A stretch of DNA of 63,586 nucleotides, counting the filler, from Octopus bimaculoides (Eukaryota), in assembly GCF_001194135.2 (NCBI RefSeq). It is 5 parts of 5 records of this genome, joined end to end, with 100 filler letters (N's around TTAATTAATTAA, not from the genome) between each part and the next. Parts side by side here need not be neighbours in the genome. Positions count along the whole stretch, not along the records: positions 1 to 12,049 come from NC_068985.1; positions 12,150 to 23,011 come from NC_068999.1; 3 more parts are not named here. One strand, 5' to 3'. Positions 1 to 13,153 of this stretch are shown piece by piece. The notes beneath the pieces are model-generated. The model saw only the letters and a program-made list of their open reading frames with translations. It had not been told where the DNA came from and did no database searches. The stretch's first letter is position 1, and every line of letters begins with the position of its first letter. The position numbers and the translations under genes were made by a program.

Positions 1-40
1 TATCTATGTGTGTAACAATTTTAGAGTTCGGATTCTAGAG

Positions 41-112
41 TTAGGGTTAGTTTTAGGGTTAGGGTTAGGGTTAGGGTTAGGGTTAACAGTCTAGTTAGGG
101 TTAGGGTTAGGG
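41..112 (+). repeat. Interstitial telomere-type (TTAGGG)n tract, degenerate
   Basis: About ten TTAGGG units with interruptions (ttagggttag tt ttagggttagggttagggttagggttagggtta acagtctag ttagggttagggttaggg). Confidence 0.9.
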
Positions 113-548
113 GATTAATACGATATACACCGTTACAGCGCTAACTGTTTTCAACTGAATAGACGTCAATGATTAGTAGAAATTATCGAAATAAGACAAT
201 TTTTTACATGAAATAAATTCGAATACAAAAATATTTTTCTGTTCTATAACACAAAATAGATAAGTATCCGAAGTTTGAAAGTCTTTCGGTACCAAAAACA
301 CTACATAAAACATTAATGAAAACTGGTGCCCCCCGTTTGAAACTAGATCCGATATATATATATATTTGAACGAAAATATACGTTCACTGTACTTTGAGGT
401 ATCTGTCAATTCTAACCCGAAATACTTCGTTCATGATGTTATTCTCGTTTTGTATCATTAACTATCAGTAACTTCATAATAAAAACCACAACTGATCCAA
501 GATAATTTGTGTACTTATTCTTCCTTATATGCAGATTCAAAATAAATA

Positions 549-968
549 CTCTCTTTACTCTTTTACTTGTTTCAGTCATTTGACTGTGGCCATGCTGGAG
601 CACCGCCTTTTAGTCGAACTAATCGACCCCAGGACTTATTCTTTGTAAGCCTAGTACTTATTCTATCGGTCTCTTTATTGCCGAACCGCTAAGTTACGGA
701 GACGTAAACACACCAGCATCGGTTGTCAAGCGATGTTGGGGGGGGGGGGGACAAACACAGACACACACACACATATACACACACATACATATATACATAT
801 ATACGATGGGCTTCTTTCAGTTTCCCCTCTACCAAATCCACTCACAAGGCTTTGGTCGGCCCGAGGCTACAGTAGAAGACACTTGCCGAAGGTGCCACGC
901 AATGGGACTGAACCCAGAACCATGTGGTTGGTAAGCAAGCTACTTACCACACAGCCACTCCTACGCCT
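549..968 (-). mobile_element. tRNA-derived SINE family A, full length, internal (CA/TA)n microsatellite
   Basis: Minus strand starts AGGCGTAGGAGTGGCTGTGTGGTAAG (A-box-like) ... GGTTCAGTCCC (B-box-like) and ends in an (AAGAGTA)-type repeat tail; near-identical copies at 1476, 3764, 4720 and 43101. Confidence 0.9.
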
Positions 969-1475
969 AAATAATTAAAAAATATGATATTTTTTGCATG
1001 GAAATTGAAAAAAATGTGTGTTAGGAAGCTAATTGAACAAATCAACTCCAGTACTAATTCTTCTTTTGTTTCTTTACCAAACCGCTATTTCTTTATATAT
1101 TTTTCAATGTGTCCTTTAATAAAGTAGAACTTTATTCGTTAGAAGTTTGGTTGTTATTTCTAGCAGGGTCGAACTGTAAATGCATAAGAACCCATTTTGC
1201 GCATTTGGTTGCTAACCCCCTGTAATAGCCTTGTGATTGTGCTGGTGTTCCGAGGTGTTGTCGTTGTTGTTATTGTTGGTGTTATACTGTTCTTGCGGTT
1301 ACATTGCGGTGTTGTTCTGGTTGTGATGGTGGTTGTTTAGTTATTAGTAAAGCTGATTGTGGTGTTAGTATTGGCGGTGTTAACGTTCAAAATAGGTCCA
1401 CCATCTTTATTTCATATTAAATATCTAGCATTTTATTTTCGTCTGGTAGCGCACGCTAAAGAAAGTGTATCGACA

Positions 1476-1694
1476 TCTTTTATCTTTTACTTGTTTCAGT
1501 CATTAGACTGCGGCCATACTGGAGCACAGCCTTGAACAATTTTTTTAGTCGAATGAATCGACCCCAGTACTTTTTTTTAAAGCCTGATACTTATTCTATC
1601 GATCTGTCTTGCCAAATCGCTAGATTACGGAAATACAAACACACCAACACCAGTTGCCAAGCGATATTGGTGGCGGACAAACACAGACACAAAG

Positions 1695-1729
<35 letters not shown>

Positions 1730-1883
1730 CACACACATCGGACTTTTTTCAGTTTTCCGTCTACCAAATCCACCCACAAGACTTTGGTTGACCCGAGAGT
1801 ATAGCAGAAGACATTTGCCCACGGTGTCACGCAGTGGGAATCAACCCATAACCATGTGGCTGGGAAGTAGGCTTCTTACCAGA
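1476..1883 (-). mobile_element. SINE family A copy (diverged)
   Basis: Colinear similarity to 549-968 across tail, internal microsatellite and tRNA head. Confidence 0.85.
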
Positions 1884-2499
1884 CAACACAAGATTTAAGA
1901 AATAAAGAGAGAAAACACGGTTGAGATTAGGTATATTACTTTCCAACGATATCTTACTCGAAATGTGGCTATTCTGGGGGCTAGTTGACTATATCACTCC
2001 CAGTTTTTAGTTTATGAATATCGGTAGATTGACAGACAAAGTAGAATTGGGTAGGATTTGAGCTCAGAATATTAGAAGAGCATAAATAAATACGACAAAG
2101 GTTATGCGAGCCACCAAAAATATATCTATATACAAATCCTTCTGCATGTAGAATTCATGGCCTCTTATGTCGTTGATGGCAGATGAGTGTTCTGCAATTT
2201 CTTGCCGAACAACCTGCACAGATGATCTGTTTATAAGTGGTTTATAGTGATCAAATAGCTGCACTGTACATTCATGTCAGGTAAGTTCATCGTCATCAAC
2301 TCACCTCAGGGAAAGTTCCCCGTCATTAATTCACCTTTTCTTTTTTCGTTCCAGTAAAATAGTTTTTAACTATTTTCCGTGAGATAGTATGGATATATTT
2401 TATCAGTAAGCTTTCCTCACAGTGAATTGATGGTGGTGAACTTTCCCTGTAATCCTGTTCATTAGCTCACTTCCTCCATCAGATCGACGTTGCCTGAAT

Positions 2500-2662
2500 A
2501 GATGCACGGTGTGTCACACGTCAGATGTCGAAGCGATCGCATTGTAAAACGTAAAACGAAGCGTTTTGCTGAAGAACACAATGCACCTCTTGGTCCAGGA
2601 GTCGAAACCACAATCTTCCGATCGTGAGAGCAACACTCTAACTACTAGGACACGGGCCTTCA
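2500..2662 (-). mobile_element. tRNA-derived SINE family B, 5' part
   Basis: Reverse complement matches the head of the 22204-22450 copy (tagtagttagagtgttg...ggtttcgactcctggacc...ttgtgttcttcagcaaaacgctt). Confidence 0.7.
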
Positions 2663-3763
2663 CTAATGGTAGGGTTACAGTTTCTGGAAATCGCAACGAC
2701 TTTCTTCACTGGCCTAAGATTAATGACATTTCATTCAACGTTTAAAGTACTTTACGGTACCACATTATCTTGTATGATTGTCTTTTATTTACCACATTAT
2801 CTTGTATGATTGTCTTTTATTTTAGACTAGCTTAAAAGCCGCACTCCGTGCTGACTTTTAGGCCATCTCCTGCGGAGGGCTAATTGAGCCTGCGACCCAA
2901 AACTAAAGAGAGCTAAATAACATGGCTATAATACGTCTATAATAACTATAGACCCGGTGGTGTTTGATCAGAGGTTAAGGACGGATGGGAATTAATTCTG
3001 TAATGCAATCGTTCTATTGTTCCAGTCCCTGGCCAATTTGTCCCAAAGTTCTTATCTCGGTGTAAAATTAACGACACGAATGTCATTTATCTCCCCCTTG
3101 ATCTCTGACGTCATCTGACAAACGCCAACCAAGATAGCTAGAAATAGCAACCCAAATTCTTTTAAATCATATCCCAGTTCTGGATGTTCAAGAACTAAAT
3201 GAAGGGCAGAATTTCAATCCCGGGATCATCCTGATTCCAAAATGGTATGATATGTCTATGTAGAGCAAATGTAGATTGAGATACAGGGGTCCCAGACGGA
3301 CAGGCAGAATTTAGCTTTTATCAATATAGATGGACCTTATGAATGTGAGTAAACAACCTAACCATTAAGCAACGCGCCTTCACGACCGTTAAACTAAGCT
3401 TCTCTTATAAGGTCTAATAACACCAAAACATGTCCGCAGTTGTCACCGTTTTGCTAAAGGTCAAAATTATTCCTCCAGCGCAGTCTAGCTTCTTTTACTC
3501 GTCTCAGTTATTAACCTGTGGTCATGCTGGGGCATTCACGTTAAAGGGTTTAGTCGAAAAAACTGAATAAACCAGAACTTTCTTTCAAAACTATGGTACT
3601 TATTCTATCGTTATCGTTTATCGTTTCCTTTTGCCGGACTGATAAGTTACGGTGGTGTAACTTGACGGTTGTCGAATGGTAAGGGGGATGGGTGACAACA
3701 ACGACAACATAAAAACATAAAGATAAACACACAGATACATACATACGTATATATTACTCTTCA

Positions 3764-4438
3764 CTCTTTACTCTCTTACTTGTTTCAGTCATTTGACTGC
3801 GGCCATGCTGGGGCACCGCCTTTAGTCGAGCAAATCGACCCCAGGATTTATTCTTTGTAAGCCTAGTACTTATTCTATCGGTCTCTTTTCGCCGAACCGC
3901 TGAGTTACGGGGACATAAACACACCAGCATCAGTTGTCAAGTGATGCTGGGGGAACAAACGCAGACACACGAACACACANNNNNNNNNNNNNNNNNNNNN
4001 NNNNNNNNNNNNNNNNNNNNNNNNNNNNNNNNNNNNNNNNNNNNNNNNNNNNNNNNNNNNNNNNNNNNNNNNNNNNNNNNNNNNNNNNNNNNNNNNNNNN
4101 NNNNNNNNNNNNNNNNNNNNNNNNNNNNNNNNNNNNNNNNNNNNNNNNNNNNNNNNNNNNNNNNNNNNNNNNNNNNNNNNTCCGTGTTTTTCTCCTTGTC
4201 TCCGTATTCTTTCTGTTGAAGAGCGTAGCTCGAAACGTTAAAGACTTTCCGTATTCCCGAGCGTCATACTAATACATCCTTTTGTTGTTTACACCACCTG
4301 TCCTCGTACCAAATCCACTCACAAGGCTTGGTCGGCCCGAGGCTATAGTAGAAGACACTTGCCCAAGGTGCCACGCAGTGGGACTGAACCCAGAACCATG
4401 TGGTTGGTAAGCAAGCTACTTACCACATAGCCACTCCT
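3764..4438 (-). mobile_element. SINE family A copy interrupted by a gap and a Penelope-like fragment (4181-4307)
   Basis: Tail half at 3764-3979 and head half at 4308-4438 match 549-968; unrelated hammerhead-bearing sequence lies between them. Confidence 0.85.
4208..4244 (+). ncRNA. Minimal type I hammerhead-like motif, A6U core variant
   Basis: TCTTT-CTGTTGA-A-GAGC gta GCTC-GAAA-CG-T-T-AAAGA: 5-bp stem I, 4-bp stem II, palindromic ACGT stem III, GUU site. Confidence 0.65.
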
Positions 4439-4719
4439 GTTTCATATATATATATATGAAACATCATGAAAATTGCTCAAACTGAAGTCCTTCTTGAGCG
4501 ACACATTTTTCCGTTCGTGTCAATACAGAATTACATACATTATTTATGGAATATATATATATACAGATATATGACGATCACCCTCAGTTTTTTTCCAAAT
4601 TCGCCAACAAGGCTATAGTAGAAGATACCAGCCTACGGTGCCACGCTGTGGGAGTGAACCCGAAACTACCTGGTTGCAAAACGAGTTTCTTAGCCACACA
4701 GCCATGCCTGCACGTATAC

Positions 4720-5160
4720 TTACTCTTTTACTCTTTTACTTGTTTCAGTCTTTTGACTGTGGCCATGCTGGAGCACCGCATTTAGTCGAGCAAATCGACC
4801 CCAGGACTTATTCTTTAGAAGCCTAGTACTTATTCTATCAATCTCTTTTGCCGAACCGCTAAGTTACGGGGACATAAACACACCAGCATCGGTTGTCAAG
4901 CGATGATAGCGAGGACAAACACACACATACATATATATAAATATACATATATACGATGGGCTTCTTTCAGTTTCCGTCTACCAAATCCACTCACAAGGCT
5001 TTGGTCGGCCCGAGGCTATAGTAGAAGACACTTGCCCAAGATNNNNNNNNNNCCCGAGGCTATAGTAGAAGACACTTGCCCAAGATGCCACGCAGTGGGA
5101 ATGAACCCGGGACCATGTGGTTGGTAAGCTAGCTACTTACCACACAGCCACTCCTACGCC
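4720..5160 (-). mobile_element. SINE family A copy
   Basis: Colinear match to 549-968; 10-N gap with a duplicated overlap inside. Confidence 0.9.
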
Positions 5161-6374
5161 TTAATTAATTTTATTTTGCTAAAATTTCAGGATTATATTT
5201 CCATTCTTTATATTTGCCTAAACTTAGTCATTTAGTAAATGGTCGTTTTCTTCATTAAGGGTGTAATTTCAATTAAATGGAATTATTTTGATTGACTAAA
5301 ATAAAAATAAACCAGCACAGGAATTACAATTCAGTTCTCATGCAGCAGGCGTCCATGTTTTCCTTTCTTTCCTTTTTTTTTTTTTACTGTCAGTTTGATT
5401 ATGTAAAATGGATATTGTTACTGCTAACTTTCTTTCCCGCCGACTAACTTGAGCACACACGCACGCGACACTACAAAGTTATCCCTGCCCCATTCGTTAG
5501 TGATACCCGCTTCGTTTCTACAACGCATGGAGCCAAAATTCCACACACACACACACACACACACACACNNNNNNNNNNNNNNNNNNNNNNNNNNNNNNNN
5601 NNNNNNNNNNNNNNNNNNNNNNNNNNNNNNNNNNNNNNNNNNNNNNNNNNNNNNNNNNNNNNNNNNNNNNNNNNNNNNNNNNNNNNNNNNNNNNNNNNNN
5701 NNNNNNNNNNNNNNNNNNNNNNNNNNNNNNNNNNNNNNNNNNNNNNNNNNNNNNNNNNNNNNNNNNNNNNNNNNNNNNNNNNNNNNNNNNNNNNNNNNNN
5801 NNNNNNNNNNNNNNNNNNNNNNNNNNNNNNNNNNNNNNNNNNNNNNNNNNNNNNNNNNNNNNNNNNNNNNNNNNNNNNNNNNNNNNNNNNNNNNNNNNNN
5901 NNNNNNNNNNNNNNNNNNNNNNNNNNNNNNNNNNNNNNNNNNNNNNNNNNNNNNNNNNNNNNNNNNNNNNNNNNNNNNNNNNNNNNNNNNNNNNNNNNNN
6001 NNNNNNNNNNNNNNNNNNNNNNNNNNNNNNNNNNNNNNNNNNNNNNNNNNNNNNNNNNNNNNNNNNNNNNNNNNNNNNNNNNNNNNNNNNNNNNNNNNNN
6101 NNNNNNNNNNNNNNNNNNNNNNNNNNNNNNNNNNNNNNNNNNNNNNNNNNNNNNNNNNNNNNNNNNNNNNNNNNNNNNNNNNNNNNNNNNNNNNNNNNNN
6201 NNNNNNNNNNNNNNNNNNNNNNNNNNNNNNNNNNNNNNNNNNNNNNNNNNNNNNNNNNNNNNNNNNNNNNNNNNNNNNNNNNNNNNNNNNNNNNNNNNNN
6301 NTATATATGATTAATCGCTGACCAAACACCATTCAATTTTTTTCTCCGTGTTTTTCTCCTTGTTTTCTCCGTAT

Positions 6375-6411
6375 TCTTTCTGTTGAAGAGCGTAGCTCGA
6401 AACGTTAAAGA
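6375..6411 (+). ncRNA. Minimal hammerhead-like motif, A6U core variant (second copy)
   Basis: Identical to 4208-4244, within a second copy (6343-6480) of the same Penelope-like terminal repeat. Confidence 0.65.
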
Positions 6412-6842
6412 CTTTCTGTATTCCCGAGCGTCAAACTAATACATCCTTTTGTTGTTTATACCACCTATCCTCGTCTGTTGTTGTTTTTTTTCGTACATTC
6501 TCCTATATATATGAATATATATAAATATATATGAATATATATGTATATCTATATATGTATACACACATACATATGTTTTTAACTCATCAATCTTCATTTT
6601 CTTCATACCTTTATATTTTTTCGATAGTCATGTTTTCCATATACAAATGCTTCCCCAAATAAAATTAGACTTCATATTTGAAGCTCGAACATGTCTTCGA
6701 AACTCATATGTTATTTTTTATGCCTTTCGAATTAAGTGGCTTGGCTTAGTGGTTACGGTGTTGGATTCATTACCGGCTGTCAAACCACGATAGTGGGACA
6801 AATATATACATATTCTATTCTTTTTTTCTTTTTCCACTTAAT

Positions 6843-6880
6843 CCTTTCTGTCGAAGATCGTAGGCTTGAAACGTAAAAGA
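6843..6880 (+). ncRNA. Degenerate hammerhead-like motif, related A6U family
   Basis: CCTTT-CTGTCGA-A-GATC gtag GCTT-GAAA-CG-T-A-AAAGA; stem II partly broken. Confidence 0.45.
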
Positions 6881-7043
6881 CTTTTCCATTTTTCCCGGGG
6901 CATTAAATACACCTGTCTTCGTCTTTTGTTCTCTGTAAATGTGAACAATATATACATATATATATATAAATATATATATATATACACACACACATGTGCC
7001 GTTGATGATTTCTTTTCTATTTTTGAACTTTTCCTTTTTTTAC

Positions 7044-7076
7044 CTTTAGAGGAGGAACTATGTTCGAAACGTCAAG
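7044..7076 (+). ncRNA. Degenerate hammerhead-like motif
   Basis: CTT-TAGAGGA-G-GAAC tat GTTC-GAAA-CG-T-C-AAG; stems and GUC site intact, core mutated at positions 3-4. Confidence 0.4.
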
Positions 7077-7865
7077 CTCTCTCCTTTCACCGAGCGTTAA
7101 GCTAATACTTTTCTGGTGTACCTTCTCACGTTCGTTTTTTGGGTTTTTTATTCGCTTTTTTATTCGTTTATCTGAATTGACTATATGACGGTATTCTATC
7201 AGTTTCTGTCTACCAAGTCCATTCAGAAGGTTTTGGTCGACCTGACGCTATAGTAGAAGACACTTTCCCAAAGTGCCAAGCAGTGGGACAGAATCCGGGA
7301 CCATGTTGTTGAGAAACAAACTTTTCACCACACAGCCAGCCGTAAACCCAACCCTTTTGTGCGTTGTATTTCGTCCCTTGATATTATCCTTAATGTTTTG
7401 GACGCTTGTGACCAAGAAAAAAATCATTATTGTTAGTATATAAAGAATATTAATATGACGCAGTTTCACTCACCCGTTTCGATGTTTTACGATTTACGGT
7501 AGCGCAGTTATATGAAAACTTCGTCAGTGAACTCGCATCTGTTAATAAAGACAAGTTCACGGGTATCATCCAAAATTAACATTCAATGAAAATGGAGGTA
7601 GAGAAAAAGGAAAAAAGCTTGTACGGTCCAACGGTGAAGAGACTGGAAGGGTGCAACGGTGTAGAGAGTGAAAGGGGGCAATAAGAAAAGAGTGGAAAGT
7701 GAGTTAGTGGGTGTCTACCGTGTATTATTCAATATTAAAACGATTGTATGGAACTGCAATAAAAAGAAAAGAAAGCTACACTACTACTGGTATTTCTGCT
7801 GGTGTAACGACTCCAAGTTGAATTCGGGGTCCTGCAGAGCCCAAGATTAACAACTAACACACGTG

Positions 7866-7928
<63 letters not shown>

Positions 7929-8031
7929 NNNNNNNNNNNNNNNNNNNNNNNNNNNNNNNNNNNNNNNNNNNNNNNNNNNNNNNNNNNNNNNNNNNNNNNN
8001 NNNNNNNNNNNNNNNNNNNNNNNNNNNNNNN

Positions 8032-8092
<61 letters not shown>

Positions 8093-8818
8093 AGAGCGAT
8101 TAAGAGCAAGAGTGAGTGAGAGGGAGAAAGTGGAGGGTGGGTAGGTGAAAAAAAGCAGCTGGACAAAGTTCGTACAAAAGAAAATGTGAAACAGATTACT
8201 AACAAAAAAAGAAGAAAAATAGGAGGGTGAATTTGCATATGAAACTGAGAGAGTGAAGGTAAATTTTTGATAACTTGGAGATAGAGAAAGTTATAGCGTT
8301 GAGAGAAAGAGAGCGTGATGGAGAGAGAGAGAGGGGGAGAGAGAGAGAGGGGGGAGAGAGAGGGAAAGAGAGGGAAGGTAGTGAAACAAAAAGAGAGAGT
8401 TCTCGGAAAGAATTTGTAAGCCCCAGAGACGAACAATGAGCGATGCTCATGAGAGCGAAAGATAGATACTGAATGAGAGAACGGTTCGAGAGCCATATGA
8501 TGGGAAAGAAAATGTTTTTCAATAAACTTTCATTGAAATGAATATTAGAGACGAGTTGAATACCGTTGAAAGAGGAAAAAGATTCCAAAATACTGGCTAG
8601 GAGACTGCACAGGGCAAGACACACACACACACACACACAGAGAAAGAAAGAGTACACAAATGGTTAAATAAGAAAATGGGAGCTAGTTAGAAAGCAAGAG
8701 AAATACCGTGAGTGAGACATGTACAAAAAAATGGGAAAGAAAACCTGTAATGGTAGAAATTAAGGAAAGTGCATATAGATATAAGAGAGGAATGATACCA
8801 CCTAGAAAGATAGAGAGT

Positions 8819-8849
<31 letters not shown>

Positions 8850-8892
8850 GATAGATAGATAGATAGATGGATAGATAGATAGATAGATAGAT

Positions 8893-8939
<47 letters not shown>

Positions 8940-10619
8940 AGAGAGAGAAAATGAGAATGGAGAAGAGTAAAAGAAAATAAAGACGGAATAAACAAATTAA
9001 CGAGACAATTTAAAAACATCTCGGTATATGTGGATTCTATGTTCTGTCTGTGTCCATATATATATATATANNNNNNNNNNNNNNNNNNNNNNNNNNNNNN
9101 NNNNNNNNNNNNNNNNNNNNNNNNNNNNNNNNNNNNNNNNNNNNNNNNNNNNNNNNNNNNNNNNNNNNNNNNNNNNNNNNNNNNNNNNNNNNNNNNNNNN
9201 NNNNNNNNNNNNNNNNNNNNNNNNNNNNNNNNNNNNNNNNNNNNNNNNNNNNNNNNNNNNNNNNNNNNNNNNNNNNNNNNNNNNNNNNNNNNNNNNNNNN
9301 NNNNNNNNNNNNNNNNNNNNNNNNNNNNNNNNNNNNNNNNNNNNNNNNNNNNNNNNNNNNNNNNNNNNNNNNNNNNNNNNNNNNNNNNNNNNNNNNNNNN
9401 NNNNNNNNNNNNNNNNNNNNNNNNNNNNNNNNNNNNNNNNNNNNNNNNNNNNNNNNNNNNNNNNNNNNNNNNNNNNNNNNNNNNNNNNNNNNNNNNNNNN
9501 NNNNNNNNNNNNNNNNNNNNNNNNNNNNNNNNNNNNNNNNNNNNNNNNNNNNNNNNNNNNNNNNNNNNNNNNNNNNNNNNNNNNNNNNNNNNNNNNNNNN
9601 NNNNNNNNNNNNNNNNNNNNNNNNNNNNNNNNNNNNNNNNNNNNNNNNNNNNNNNNNNNNNNNNNNNNNNNNNNNNNNNNNNNNNNNNNNNNNNNNNNNN
9701 NNAAATAAAAATGTAGTGGTCAGCGATCTATCATGGCGAATGCCGGACAGAAGGTTCACACAGGAGAGCTAAGAAAAAGGGGAGATAACAAAGAAGTAGT
9801 GAACCCAAGACGAGAAGCTGCGTGTGTGTGAGAGAATGCTGATGATCTTAACGTATGTATGTGTGAAGGTGGGAAAATGTGGGGAAGGGAATTGGTCAGT
9901 GCTAGTGTGTGCGTGGTGGTGTGTTGTGAAGTGATGTGTTGTGAGATATGGTGTAGCGTGGTGTGATGTGACGGTGTTGGGAGTTGGAGAAGGCGAAGGC
10001 GGGGAAGGTGTGGAAGGTGAAGGTGGGGTGGGNNNNNNNNNNNNNNNNNNNNNNNNNNNNNNNNNNNNNNNNNNNNNNNNNNNNNNNNNNNNNNNNNNNN
10101 NNNNNNNNNNNNNNNNNNNNNNNNNNNNNNNNNNNNNNNNNNNNNNNNNNNNNNNNNNNNNNNNNNNNNNNNNNNNNNNNNNNNNNNNNNNNNNNNNNNN
10201 NNNNNNNNNNNNNNNNNNNNNNNNNNNNNNNNNNNNNNNNNNNNNNNNNNNNNNNNNNNNNNNNNNNNNNNNNNNNNNNNNNNNNNNNNNNNNNNNNNNN
10301 NNNNNNNNNNNNNNNNNNNNNNNNNNNNNNNNNNNNNNNNNNNNNNNNNNNNNNNNNNNNNNNNNNNNNNNNNNNNNNNNNNNNNNNNNNNNNNNNNNNN
10401 NNNNNNNNNNNNNNNNNNNNNNNNNNNNNNNNNNNNNNNNNNNNNNNNNNNNNNNNNNNNNNNNNNNNNNNNNNNNNNNNNNNNNNNNNNNNNNNNNNNN
10501 NNNNNNNNNNNNNNNNNNNNNNNNNNNNNNNNNNNNNNNNNNNNNNNNNNNNNNNNNNNNNNNNNNNNNNNNNNNNNNNNNNNNNNNNNNNNTATATATA
10601 TATATATGTATATATATAC

Positions 10620-10671
<52 letters not shown>

Positions 10672-12093
10672 GTGTGTGTGTGTGTATGTGTGAGCTATTT
10701 GTGTGTTGTATATATGTATGTGTGTTGAAAGAGAGAGAGAATGAGAAAGACCGAAGTATACGCTCAAACATGCAACCAAAGACGCACAGACATACATATA
10801 ACCAAAGATGTATGCGGACTGGTGTTTACAACTGTAGTGATATATGAAATTTTTGTCCAACAATTAATGAAGAAACTATTTTACTTTATTACAGAATTCC
10901 CAAGAAAATATTCTCAGACATTTTAATAGCAACAGACTATTATTATAAAAATACCGTGTTTATAAATTTAATCTGTTGGCATATGTATGATTATATGTCG
11001 GGTAATCATCATTTCTTGTTCATGAATTATAATGTTGTTTAATGTAACATTCTCTACACAATCACACAGTTGTGTATAAAAATAAATATTTTGTATGAAT
11101 TTAAGAAGAGTGAAGTGTATGTCTCAGCCTCCAACTCTGAGGTTTATTACACTGAAACCACCTGGTTGAGAGCCATACGAATACGTACAACTTGTAATTA
11201 TGTACCAAAGGTCGGACAGTTGTATATCTGATACCGGCTATTGAACCAGGAATAGATGTTCACGACTTTCCTTTTGTCCATAGAAAATAAGCCTGTTCTG
11301 TCCTTTAATGGCGTGTCGACTTTGAAATATTCTTGATTCTTGAGATTAGCTGCCTTTCTCGTGTGGAGCTGGTGTTAACTACCATTTGGTTATTATGACA
11401 CATTCTGCGGGAGTGGAGCTGATCTTAATAAATCAAGGATTTATGTTGTATGATATTTGATATACCTGTGTTTGTTTATGTTGTGCAAATAGAACTACTG
11501 ACAACTCAGAGTTAATTCCCTCAGGTAATTTTTGTTTAAGTATACATATATATGTATATGTATACACACATTCGCTCTCTTTCACACACACATACACACA
11601 TGCACACACACACACACACAAACACACACATTACATATATACTCAGGTCGTTTACGAAAGCTTTTAATTATATATAACCAGTAGTTTAATTATATATATA
11701 TATATATAAGAGTTCAATACCCAAATGCCGAAACCTGGTTTGTGGATATCCCTAATTGCATAATATTTTTATTTGTGCTGTTAAATGTTTTAATTCTTTC
11801 TGTTTTCCTCGCATACTGTTTTTCTCTGTTATATTGGTGCGCTACGGTGGATTAATTTAAGACTTAGCTCTTATTTCTAGCAGGTAGATGCTCATTAAGC
11901 ATCATTACGCTTCGTGCAAATTTATAATTCATAGCTCTTTAAAGCTATTATAACTGCGTTCCACCCATGCCACTACTGGTGATATCATCAAATTTAGAAT
12001 TTATCCACAGATGATATGAACAGTAGTGACATCTAACTTCAAATCTCAGNNNNNNNNNNNNNNNNNNNNNNNNNNNNNNNNNNNNNNNNNNNN

Positions 12094-12105
12094 TTAATTA
12101 ATTAA
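12094..12105. other. Assembly gap linker TTAATTAATTAA (artefact; also 23056-23067, 44975-44986, 59683-59694)
   Basis: Each sits at the centre of a 44N+12+44N block and gives stops in all six frames. Confidence 0.95.
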
Positions 12106-12272
12106 NNNNNNNNNNNNNNNNNNNNNNNNNNNNNNNNNNNNNNNNNNNNATTATTATGTTTTTGTCTACGTTTTGTTTGCAATGTCCTGTACCCAGATAT
12201 GCACCTATATATACAGGTAGACGTAGGTATGCACATACCTGTACGTATATATGCATATACTCATTTATTATT

Positions 12273-12318
<46 letters not shown>

Positions 12319-12360
12319 GGGTAAAGGTTTATCAATTTATTTTACGTTAATCGTATTTCG

Positions 12361-12404
12361 GCCAGAGTTCTTTCGTCACACTTCTGTGACCTCATCAGTG
12401 GTCC
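12361..12404 (-). ncRNA. Minimal type I hammerhead motif, canonical core
   Basis: Minus strand GGACCA-CTGATGA-G-GTCACA gaag TGTGAC-GAAA-GAAC-T-C-TGGC: perfect 6-bp stem II, CCA/TGG stem I, CUC site. Confidence 0.7.
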
Positions 12405-13019
12405 TTTGCTTTCTTCTGTCAAATCTCGCTCCTACGATATTTAGAATATCAACATATTTTCAAACAGTGATGTCGCAAATAGCTAGCAGGCTTATTGAAA
12501 ATGAATTATTAGCGACAGAAGCACTATTATACCAAGAAGTAATCTTTATATCCAACGTAACGTGGATGTTTTGCTAGAACACCGAACACTGTGTTATTAA
12601 GCCTTGAGAGATTCACTCATATAGGCGCTGAAATCACGTGATATAGGAATTCTGGCACCTATGATGGATGGTTCTCGCCTCCTACGATTTATGTGTGTAT
12701 TTTCATTCACCAAGCGACTATATCAGAGGATCACCCATGTTAAGTTGGATATAAAGATTACTTTTTGATATTAATACTGCTTCCATCGCAAATAATCAAA
12801 AAAATATATATGTATGTATCTATACATTTATACACATATAGTTGCATGTACATACATATGAACATATGAAAAGTCAATATAGACTTTTGGTCTACATTGT
12901 CAAACTTACGTTAGTCTTAGGGCTGTGTTGGAGACATTTTCACTCACATATGAGTACAAACAGAATATATACTTGCATATATATACACATGTGCATACAC
13001 ACGCGCGTGCGTGCGCTCA

Positions 13020-13153
<134 letters not shown>

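Noticed and set aside
2758-2821. 32-bp tandem duplication (also a 25-bp tandem at 34057-34116)
   Set aside because: Ordinary local duplications; no spacers, so not CRISPR-like.
5013-5090. Tandem duplication inside a SINE around a 10-N gap
   Set aside because: Unmerged contig overlap.
7465-7531. Minus-strand CTGACGA...GAAA hammerhead-like motif
   Set aside because: Stem II offset, non-palindromic stem III and G at position 17; at best a fossil.
7560-10040. Strongly purine-rich plus strand
   Set aside because: Explained by (AG)n/(ATAG)n microsatellite decay.
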